In this document: piece by piece, positions 25,553 through 32,180 of the stretch
Numbering within the stretch: the stretch's first letter is position 1
Layout: each line of letters begins with the position of its first letter
Origin: a virus
Lineage: Duplodnaviria; Caudoviricetes
Strand: one strand, 5' to 3'
Length of the DNA: 32,180 nt
IMG/VR virus record: IMGVR_UViG_3300042914_000316
Coordinates: 1-32,180 of that record
Notes under the pieces: generated by a model
Seen by the model: the letters and a program-made list of their open reading frames with translations, nothing else
What the model was told of the DNA's origin: nothing
The model's database searches: none
Program-made: the position numbers and the translations under genes

Positions 25553-26206
25553 CTACCTCTCTCTATAAAAGTTACAGGTGTTGACAGGACACCACCCGCA
25601 CAACGGCCCTGCTTTAGGGAACCACACGTTGTTATCGTATGCGACTTCAAGACGCTGTAGGTCTGGTAAAAAGTTTTGCCATAGTTTCTCAATGTCTTTT
25701 TTATCGTACTCTTCTGTGACAAACGTATTGTGCATCACGAACAACAACCCTGCCTTGATTGACTGAACGTTCGGAAAGTGCGCGTAAGTCATCAGTGCCA
25801 TCAACTTCAACTGCTTCGGATCAGGGTATTTGTTACTCCCGGTCTTGTAATCCACGATGTACGCATTGGCCCCGTCCACTATCAATAAGTCAACGATGCC
25901 CCGCACCCACCTAGTATCGGAATCAAACGCGCACGGTTCTCGCTCTGCCGTCAACGCCATCTCATGCTCACAGTATTTCGTACCACTAATCTCAAGTAGT
26001 GCGTCCAACTGTGGCTTAAAACGTACATAGTTTTTGACAAGCGGAGTGCCGTCTCGTACGTATTCTTCACACGCCCTATGAACTTCCGTACCGTACAGCA
26101 TTTGCTGTGTGGCTTTCTTCTCAAAGTCTTTTGCTACCTTGATGTGGTAGTACTGCTTTGGGCAGTTTACAAAGTCCTTGAGGCTACTAAACGACCACTG
26201 AATCAC
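25553..26206 (-). CDS. PD-(D/E)XK (RecB/Cas4-like) exonuclease
   Basis: WSFSSL...CP, YGTEVH..CE, RGIVD, IVDYKTG, QLKLMA and C-terminal CGWCP...C (Fe-S staple). Likely GTG start at 26206 (TAGTG overlap, SD GGAG). Confidence 0.92.
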   Translation of the reverse strand: MIQWSFSSLKDFVNCPKQYYHIKVAKDFEKKATQQMLYGTEVHRACEEYVRDGTPLVKNYVRFKPQLDALLEISGTKYCEHEMALTAEREPCAFDSDTRWVRGIVDLLIVDGANAYIVDYKTGSNKYPDPKQLKLMALMTYAHFPNVQSIKAGLLFVMHNTFVTEEYDKKDIEKLWQNFLPDLQRLEVAYDNNVWFPKAGPLCGWCPVNTCNFYRER

Positions 26207-28065
26207 TAACAATCTCCGTAAGACCTACCGTATTTGGCTTCACAGGCTACAGGTAAACCCTCGGCCCACTCTGGCGGAGTAGACATCACTTGTATTATAA
26301 ACGCAAGGGCGGCCTCTAATTCCTTATCGGGCACGACTACTACTGCCGCGTCATGCACAGTCAACACAGGTCGGTAGCGTTCTCTAATCTTGAGCATCTG
26401 CTCACCGACGATGATACGGGCCAAGGCTTGAACGATGTTCTCAACCATCGCACCTCCCCATATCGAAGTTACCCCTCGTCGTGATTTGTAAATATACTTC
26501 TTGTCACTCAGGCGTAGTTCTGGGTATCGTATAAACAATTCATTTGGGAGACGTATACCCGAAGAGGTAGCCCATACGGCCCCCTCTTTGCCTATAGAAT
26601 AAGATTGTAATTGATGAGGCCATGAGGATAGATGAGTCAGGGCGTTATCACATTCACGCCATAAATCCGTGATCATGTGGTTAGATTCGCGGTACAGATC
26701 GACAATGCGTTTGCATTCCTCCTCTAGCAGGTCAGCCCCCGGCGGCTGAGTCTTCAGTGTGTGCTGCAACTTCTTTGCCCCGGTGCCATAGCCAAGTCCA
26801 AGGATGCAAGTCTTGCCCACGAACCGTTCAACCGGATCGGCCTTGCTAATGGGCTTCTGGTAGACCTTGGACGCGAAGATCGAATACACATCCTCGCCGT
26901 TGGCAAACTGCCGGGTTACGTCATCCTGTCCCGCAAGCCACGCCAGTACACGGGCTTCTATCTGAGAAGAGTCACAGTTGATAACGTAATGACCGGGCGG
27001 GGCCATAATTGAATTCTTGAGAGTTTTCTTTTTCTTATCACGGCTTGGTAGGTTCTGAAAGTTAACTGAGTCAGATCCCGCCCAACGGCCTGTATGTGCG
27101 CCGTAGTACTTCAACGGTATAGGCAGCAGCCCCTTGTTCCTCGCACCGATGCCGATGAACCGCGCAATCCGCGACTCCTCAATGGTGGACTTAGTACCCA
27201 GACGCACCGCGCACAGTTGCTGTATGAACGGGTCTTCGTGTTCTAATAACTCAATAAACCCTTCATCATTTTTAGCAAGTGCATAAGTTTCTTTACCAGT
27301 TGTAGGACTAATTTTAGTCGGTACCGGGACGTTCAGATCCGTCAATACAGCAGCGAACTGCGGATTGCTAGCCAACTTCGCACGGACTTCTTCCTCAGTG
27401 TTGCAACCTAGTCTGCCTTGTAATCCCGTCAAAAGTTCGCTTTTTTCATTCTTAATGTCTTCAAGCCGCTCGACCAACAGCGCGTCGTCTACGTACAGTA
27501 CAGGTTGCGTGTACATACGCAGGGTCATGTCGATCAGATCTAGTTCTTTCTGCGGGTAGTGATCTTCGATAAAAAGGTTAAATAACTTGAAAGTAAGATT
27601 GACATCATTAATACAATAATTCCCATAGGCAGCAAGATCAGCAGAAATAAAATCTTTCCTACGCTTGCCCAAAGCCTGTACGACTTCCGTCCCCTTTTCA
27701 CCAAGCCCATACATCTTCACCAAATTTGCTAGAGATCCGCTTACGTCAACCCCATGCTTGGCACGGGCCATACAGAGCGTATCAAAGTAGTACGCTGGCA
27801 CGATATCAAAAATAAAAGAAAGAATAGCCCCGTCAAACATCATGTTGTGACAGAGCAGCGCCGATGAACTCCAGTCAACTTGATTCAGCCATGCTTTGAT
27901 CTCAGCATGTGTACCGCTAAACCATACCGGAGTGTCATCGTTTATCTTCATCGACACGCCAATGACTTCAAAGCGAGAGTCACGGATGTACTCTTCAGTC
28001 GTAAATTTTTTCAAGCCATAGTCGGAGTCGTAGTAAGTCTCAAAATCAAGCGTGACGAAACTCAT
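26206..28065 (-). CDS. polA: Family A DNA polymerase with 3'-5' exonuclease
   Basis: ExoI LDFET, ExoII HNMMFD, ExoIII YCINDV; HTGRW, NFQNLP, motif A CDSSQIEAR, motif B RFVGKTCILGLGYG, motif C TVHDA. Confidence 0.96.
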   Translation of the reverse strand: MSFVTLDFETYYDSDYGLKKFTTEEYIRDSRFEVIGVSMKINDDTPVWFSGTHAEIKAWLNQVDWSSSALLCHNMMFDGAILSFIFDIVPAYYFDTLCMARAKHGVDVSGSLANLVKMYGLGEKGTEVVQALGKRRKDFISADLAAYGNYCINDVNLTFKLFNLFIEDHYPQKELDLIDMTLRMYTQPVLYVDDALLVERLEDIKNEKSELLTGLQGRLGCNTEEEVRAKLASNPQFAAVLTDLNVPVPTKISPTTGKETYALAKNDEGFIELLEHEDPFIQQLCAVRLGTKSTIEESRIARFIGIGARNKGLLPIPLKYYGAHTGRWAGSDSVNFQNLPSRDKKKKTLKNSIMAPPGHYVINCDSSQIEARVLAWLAGQDDVTRQFANGEDVYSIFASKVYQKPISKADPVERFVGKTCILGLGYGTGAKKLQHTLKTQPPGADLLEEECKRIVDLYRESNHMITDLWRECDNALTHLSSWPHQLQSYSIGKEGAVWATSSGIRLPNELFIRYPELRLSDKKYIYKSRRGVTSIWGGAMVENIVQALARIIVGEQMLKIRERYRPVLTVHDAAVVVVPDKELEAALAFIIQVMSTPPEWAEGLPVACEAKYGRSYGDC

Positions 28066-28607
28066 GGGTCAACGCTCCATGTCTCGGTCTGCCGTTGCAG
28101 TCGAGGCCACTCAACTACCGTGGTAAAAGACTTGTCTTTAACAAGGATGTGATTCGTAGGCTGTGCCGTGAACCTGCCGTTGTCCAACTTGATGAAGTAA
28201 AACTCTTTGGACTGCTCTGGCTCTAGGCTAAACCCGTCAAGCATGGGTATCGCTGTGAACATGTATCGCCCATACCGTTCTTCCTTGTCTCGTAACTTCA
28301 CGTGTACAGGCACGGCTTCCAGAAACGGGTACTCCACCACGCTAAAGTGATGACCGTAGCAGTCCCAAGTCTGAGCATCATCGGGCTTCCAAACATCTTC
28401 ACACTCAAGCAAATGGGCCAATCTATGCAGCGGCACGTTCCGATAAACGGCTCCGCACTCCAACATCACGTGGCATCCCCACGTTCTGCCGGGATGACTG
28501 ACAAGACCAAACCATGCGACACGCTCCCACTTGTCGTTGCCGAATGTGTTCGGCTCTACATAGCAATACGTATGACGGGGCAGTGGCCCCGCACCAGAGT
28601 AAATCAT
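28062..28607 (-). CDS. Conserved-looking hypothetical phage protein
   Basis: 181 aa with ATGA overlaps on both sides; GAVYRNVPLH, WDCYG and LDNGRFTAQPTN motifs. Confidence 0.75.
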   Translation of the reverse strand: MIYSGAGPLPRHTYCYVEPNTFGNDKWERVAWFGLVSHPGRTWGCHVMLECGAVYRNVPLHRLAHLLECEDVWKPDDAQTWDCYGHHFSVVEYPFLEAVPVHVKLRDKEERYGRYMFTAIPMLDGFSLEPEQSKEFYFIKLDNGRFTAQPTNHILVKDKSFTTVVEWPRLQRQTETWSVDP

Positions 28608-28786
28608 TTTCTTTTACCACCCTTTTTTAACATAGCGACTTCTTGTCGTAGCCGACGAATCTCGTCGTGACAGGCCCAAAGAACCCCACCTACGGTGAGG
28701 AACTTCATCTCGGTTGTAGTTGATGCGTCATTGATCTCGTTCGGCAGTGACCGGATCATATCCAAAATATCGTCTTCAACTTCCAT
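28604..28786 (-). CDS. 60-aa hypothetical protein
   Basis: SD GGAG before ATG 28786; LWACHDEIRRLR coiled coil. Confidence 0.7.
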   Translation of the reverse strand: MEVEDDILDMIRSLPNEINDASTTTEMKFLTVGGVLWACHDEIRRLRQEVAMLKKGGKRK

Positions 28787-28976
28787 CTTCTCCACCCCAT
28801 TTGTTGTAGTTGCTACGTAAGGCTTCGTTCCGCTTCCTCAAAAAAACTATCTCGGCATGACAGGCCAGAAGTTCTTTGGTGAGGATGTCTGCCTCATCCC
28901 ACAAACCTGCGCTGCGGATTGCAGCAAAAGCGTTAAAGATATTCTCTCCACCGTTTTGCCCCCACACTTCGTCCAT
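28776..28976 (-). CDS. 66-aa hypothetical protein
   Basis: SD GAGG/AGG upstream; LLACHAEIVFLR coiled coil. Confidence 0.7.
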   Translation of the reverse strand: MDEVWGQNGGENIFNAFAAIRSAGLWDEADILTKELLACHAEIVFLRKRNEALRSNYNKWGGEDGS

Positions 28977-28978
28977 AC

Positions 28979-29686
28979 CTACCTCTTCTTTAGTACCAAC
29001 ATCTGAGGGTAGTAGCGGATTTCCGCAATAGAACCTCGCGCATCTACCTCTCTTAACATATGCTCAACTAAAGAAATAATTCGGTCTCTACTGTTTACCG
29101 CATCATTCCTAAAGTATTTTCGGAACTGCTCAGTGTATGCGGGATTGTAAGTACATCCCATATCTTCGATAACATAGTAACCACCGTCTGCTACGCTTTT
29201 ATAGCAGTTGCCAAACATATCCATCATGTCCTCGGCAATGTGCGAGGCGTCATCGATGAACAGATCGACCTCTTCTGCCAGACCTTTTTTACACAAGTCG
29301 TCTATGCGGATCTCGACGTTCTTCATGTCCTCGCATAACTTGGAACACTCTGGACGGATGTCGTAGCCAATGATCTGCGATGCAGGGAGATAGTTACCCC
29401 ACATACGGAGTGACGCGCCACACGCCACACCTGCTTCCACAATAAACAAAGACGCAGACTTACGATGCAAACCGCCGTACGCTGTGTCCAAAATGTCTTG
29501 GATGATGCGCTCGTAATGCTTGGTGTAGTTATGCTTGATAGTACCTTTGTCGCTGCCGTAAAGGTCAGCAAGCCCCGTCAATGACAGTTCGGTAAGGTCT
29601 ACCTCGCCGGTACGAGGTTTGTATTCTTCGGGGTTGACCGTATCCAAATAACGGCGAACACCCCCTCGTGCGTTGGGATCGTTCAT
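28979..29686 (-). CDS. Class I SAM-dependent methyltransferase, MycE/TylE-like sugar O-methyltransferase
   Basis: YGSDKG..HNYT..Y, VEAGVACGASLRMW..YLP...IIGYDI, DLFIDDASH and GGYYVIED. Confidence 0.85.
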   Translation of the reverse strand: MNDPNARGGVRRYLDTVNPEEYKPRTGEVDLTELSLTGLADLYGSDKGTIKHNYTKHYERIIQDILDTAYGGLHRKSASLFIVEAGVACGASLRMWGNYLPASQIIGYDIRPECSKLCEDMKNVEIRIDDLCKKGLAEEVDLFIDDASHIAEDMMDMFGNCYKSVADGGYYVIEDMGCTYNPAYTEQFRKYFRNDAVNSRDRIISLVEHMLREVDARGSIAEIRYYPQMLVLKKR

Positions 29687-29694
29687 ACATTCTC

Positions 29695-29973
29695 CTATTT
29701 AGGCAGTACCAGATCTCGCTTCACTTGCTCCCGCACTAGTACAAGCAACTTACAAATCACATGCGTCTGTGACTTGTTCTTGCCGTTGCGGTTCAGCGAA
29801 TCAAACTCTGCGGCGTACATCTCAATGATGTCCCATCGCAGCACCTCTAACTTGCCGTCATCGCCAATCTTCGCCCATACCGTTTCGGGCATGGCGACTT
29901 TCTTCACATGCTCTTCTGGGACAATCAGATACGCCTCGTCATCTTCCAGAATCTCTTTGTTAATCTCACTCAT
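29695..29973 (-). CDS. Hypothetical protein
   Basis: ATG at 29973 with SD GGAG; fills the gap between the glycosyltransferase and methyltransferase genes. Confidence 0.7.
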   Translation of the reverse strand: MSEINKEILEDDEAYLIVPEEHVKKVAMPETVWAKIGDDGKLEVLRWDIIEMYAAEFDSLNRNGKNKSQTHVICKLLVLVREQVKRDLVLPK

Positions 29974-30643
29974 GAACAATCTCCTTCGCTACGTCCATCC
30001 ACTCTTTGCCGTATTCAACGTCAGTCCAGTCCTTGAACCACGGCCCACCTCGGGTGAAGTGAACGGCTTGCGGGTTCGGGCAGTCTTCGCGGGTGTGCCA
30101 TCCTTCCAGATAGTTGTAGGCGATAGGCAGGTCGCCTATGCAAGCGTCCCACAAGAACCTCAACTGATGTAAGTACATACCAGACTCGCGGTTCACAATC
30201 TCGGGGGTCAGCGCCTTCACGTGCAGGTGCTCACAGTTCCACAGAATCATGCTCGACCAATTCTTGCGCGGATACTGGTGCTGCACAGCACCGTCCATCT
30301 TGGTGGCTTCCTTCGGCTTGTAGTCATGCTTCACCACGACCACGCCGTAGTACGGGTTCATGTAGTCTTGTAGCGCAGCGACATCACCTCGCCACAAGAA
30401 GTCACAGTCCATGAACACCGCCCACCCTTTGTACCCTGCAAGATGCGGCACCAAGAAGCGTGTGAAAGAAAACTCCGTAGACGAGAGCGGGTCATGCTCA
30501 CGCCAGTACAAATTCTTTTCGCGCATCTCCTGTTGCTTGATTGGCTGAATGTCAAGCGGGATGCTCGTATGTTTCTCAAGCGAGTGCTTGCATACTTGAT
30601 ACGCAATGTCCTCGCGGCTATCCCAACCGATAAAGATTTTCAT
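29966..30643 (-). CDS. GT-A glycosyltransferase, GT8-related (plant CDI-like)
   Basis: IFIGWDSRE..AYQVC, STEFSFTRFLVP, DxD motif FMDCDFL, YPRKNWSS and HFTRGGPW; ATG 30643 (ATGA overlap). Confidence 0.9.
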   Translation of the reverse strand: MKIFIGWDSREDIAYQVCKHSLEKHTSIPLDIQPIKQQEMREKNLYWREHDPLSSTEFSFTRFLVPHLAGYKGWAVFMDCDFLWRGDVAALQDYMNPYYGVVVVKHDYKPKEATKMDGAVQHQYPRKNWSSMILWNCEHLHVKALTPEIVNRESGMYLHQLRFLWDACIGDLPIAYNYLEGWHTREDCPNPQAVHFTRGGPWFKDWTDVEYGKEWMDVAKEIVHE

Positions 30644-30867
30644 GTCTCGCTCCTCGCCCGAATCGCGGCGGCACAATCATTTCCATTGGCATGCATCCAC
30701 CCATCACACACCTTCGCACACGCCTCACGCTCGGCAGCGGCAACGAGAGCGGCGAAGCGTTCAAGGTTTTCTAGGTTTGGGATATTTACAATGTATCCAT
30801 TGAAAACCTTAGTGCGTTCATGCAGATTGGCCTTTCTCGCCATGTGGATAATGTCGTCGCGGGTCAT
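30640..30867 (-). CDS. Small protein of the 'AEREACAKVC...CAAAIRAR' family
   Basis: MTRDDII.MA...LERFAALVAAAEREACAKVCD...CAAAIRAR; SD GGAGG. Confidence 0.8.
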   Translation of the reverse strand: MTRDDIIHMARKANLHERTKVFNGYIVNIPNLENLERFAALVAAAEREACAKVCDGWMHANGNDCAAAIRARSET

Positions 30868-31046
30868 CGCGAGCCTCCAACAGGGTCGGCGTTTTTATGG
30901 ATCACAACATACGCAAGCACATCACCGTCGAACCTACCTTCTGTGACTGCCGCGATCACATAGTCACTTGTAAGTGCATTGATACACCGCTGCGCTTCTC
31001 TCAGCGTTCTGAATCCGATTAACGTAGCCTTCGGAGTTTGGCTCAT
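30864..31046 (-). CDS. 60-aa hypothetical protein
   Basis: SD GGAG; ATGA overlaps on both sides. Confidence 0.7.
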   Translation of the reverse strand: MSQTPKATLIGFRTLREAQRCINALTSDYVIAAVTEGRFDGDVLAYVVIHKNADPVGGSR

Positions 31047-31177
31047 TTCGGTTGCTCCTTCAGTTGTTCAATGCGTGTACGCATTTGTTTCTCCGCCCGC
31101 AACGCCGTTAGTTCGCCAAGTTGCGTATACAGTAGATCCTGTAGTCGCTTGATCTCTTTGTCTTTCTCGGCGCTCAT
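31043..31177 (-). CDS. 44-aa coiled-coil protein (not in ORF track)
   Basis: MSAEKDKEIKRLQDLLYTQLGELTALRAEKQMRTRIEQLKEQPK; ATGA overlaps at both ends. Confidence 0.75.
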   Translation of the reverse strand: MSAEKDKEIKRLQDLLYTQLGELTALRAEKQMRTRIEQLKEQPK

Positions 31178-31500
31178 GACTGCCCCCGAGCGCGGATTTT
31201 TCGCGCACACTCATTCGCCGTGTGCCGTTCTTCAATCATCATCCCAGCCCCGCACTCAACTTTGTCACACACCTTCGCACACGCCTCACGCTCGGCGGCT
31301 ACAGCATCCCGTAGCCGCTCGTTCTCCCGCAATGCCTTGAGGACGTGCCGCAGCGACGGGTACTGGCTGTAGTCACCAGACGCAATCATCTCGTCAGCGT
31401 TTTCGTTCCAAATGAATTCGCCTTCTGCGGTAACGCGCAGGACTTCGTTTCCGCTACTAACATTTCCGCTACTAACGTATGCGATGTATTCGTAGGTCAT
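31174..31500 (-). CDS. Second 'AEREACAKVC' family protein with different N-terminus
   Basis: ATG 31500 with SD GGAGG and ATGA overlap; ends AEREACAKVCD...ECARKIRARGQS. Confidence 0.75.
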   Translation of the reverse strand: MTYEYIAYVSSGNVSSGNEVLRVTAEGEFIWNENADEMIASGDYSQYPSLRHVLKALRENERLRDAVAAEREACAKVCDKVECGAGMMIEERHTANECARKIRARGQS

Positions 31501-31694
31501 CGTGCTTCCTCCTTCCATAGTTTGTAATCGTACTGCTTGATCCCACGGTACACCGCTGTCGATAAATGGTAGTGCGGGACTCCCCACTGCTTGATCAAGT
31601 CTCTGTACTTGACGTTCCTACCGTTCGCCCGACGCTTACGGTCAAGCAGGATCTTGTACTGCTCAAATGACAGCGTTACCTTCGGACATCTCAT
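31497..31694 (-). CDS. 65-aa basic protein, possibly HTH
   Basis: ATG 31694 lies just after the glycosyltransferase stop; YRDLIKQWGVPHYHLSTAVYRG resembles a helix-turn-helix. Confidence 0.6.
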   Translation of the reverse strand: MRCPKVTLSFEQYKILLDRKRRANGRNVKYRDLIKQWGVPHYHLSTAVYRGIKQYDYKLWKEEAR

Positions 31695-31695
31695 A

Positions 31696-32180
31696 TCACA
31701 CAGCCTCAAACAGTTGCTTACGACTTGGCCCCTTGTAGTGCAGAATCTTGGTATCGTCCGTCTTGTGTTCGGGTAGACACGCATACACTGACTCGTCGAA
31801 CTCGGCACAGCCGTACTTCTCGGCGTAGATGCGTAACACTTCTTGATCGCCATACCACGTACGGAACTTCGGATGCAGTTCCTCGTAGATTTTTAACATC
31901 TCTACCCACACCTGCGAGTCCTTGACCGCCACAGCGCAGCCCACATACGGGTACAGTTCTCCCATAGTTTTACCCTTGTACTCATCAAACGTCAGCCCAC
32001 GCTGCTCGATGTTGAACTCCGTGTCGATGTTGAATGACCTCTTACAGAACGCGATCTCTGTGCCACTCAACATCTCTTCGATGTCAACCCAACTCTGCAC
32101 GATCATGTCGGTGTCCAGATAGAGTGCAGGGCCATTAATGTAGAGCCGTGCATACGCCTTGACTCTTGAGTACATCAAGT
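31696..32180 (-). CDS. GT-A glycosyltransferase (GT8/GT77-like), 5' truncated by window
   Basis: ALYLDTDMIV (DxD), WYGDQEVL and KILHYKG..K. Confidence 0.85.
   Translation of the reverse strand, partial: LMYSRVKAYARLYINGPALYLDTDMIVQSWVDIEEMLSGTEIAFCKRSFNIDTEFNIEQRGLTFDEYKGKTMGELYPYVGCAVAVKDSQVWVEMLKIYEELHPKFRTWYGDQEVLRIYAEKYGCAEFDESVYACLPEHKTDDTKILHYKGPSRKQLFEAV

Larger units (their letters stand above)
30704..31296. repeat. 32-bp perfect direct repeat (30704-30735 and 31265-31296)
   Basis: TCACACACCTTCGCACACGCCTCACGCTCGGC is identical in both copies and encodes AEREACAKVC on the - strand. Confidence 0.95.

Noticed and set aside
25553-26206. Cas4 as evidence of a CRISPR system
   Set aside because: A solo RecB/Cas4-like nuclease next to polA is a normal part of phage replication modules.
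26206-28065. DpoZ-type polymerase of a 2-aminoadenine (Z) genome
   Set aside because: No purZ, datZ or mazZ-like genes are in the window, and I cannot assign DpoZ from the motifs alone.
1-32180. Integrase/att sites, tRNAs, introns or inteins, diversity-generating retroelement
   Set aside because: I see no recombinase, reverse transcriptase, cloverleaf or adenine-specific repeat pair. The polymerase and helicases are uninterrupted and of normal length.

Overview
The whole window looks like part of a tailed dsDNA phage genome with podovirus-like organisation. The gene repertoire resembles uncultured freshwater phages of Proteobacteria, but the host is an inference. The + strand (1-18333) carries late genes: an HNH-AP2 endonuclease, small membrane and tail-associated ORFs, a holin-like protein plus a GH24 endolysin, a tail nozzle/stabilisation protein and a jelly-roll structural protein. 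Four probable internal-virion (ejection) proteins follow, ending in a 2149-aa polyvalent protein with metallopeptidase, ADP-ribosyltransferase and PLxRFG-like regions. The - strand (18334-32180) carries the replication module: primase-DUF927 helicase, HTH protein, SSB-like protein, SNF2 helicase, HNH, PD-(D/E)XK nuclease and family A DNA polymerase. An accessory region follows with two glycosyltransferases, a sugar O-methyltransferase and many small ORFs. The most striking element is a 1270-aa protein whose conserved-looking termini flank an extensin/TonB-like insert: four polyproline runs, 29 copies of EKPPVE and 12 Cys-pair hairpins, bracketed by recurring hydrophobic-x-x-GG motifs that could be protease sites. 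Other candidates are an overprinted +1-frame ORF inside the polyvalent gene, a multi-stem non-coding structure upstream of the SNF2 helicase, and the glycosylation/methylation trio. All family calls come from motif recognition by eye, not from database searches. I found no tRNA, CRISPR array or integrase.
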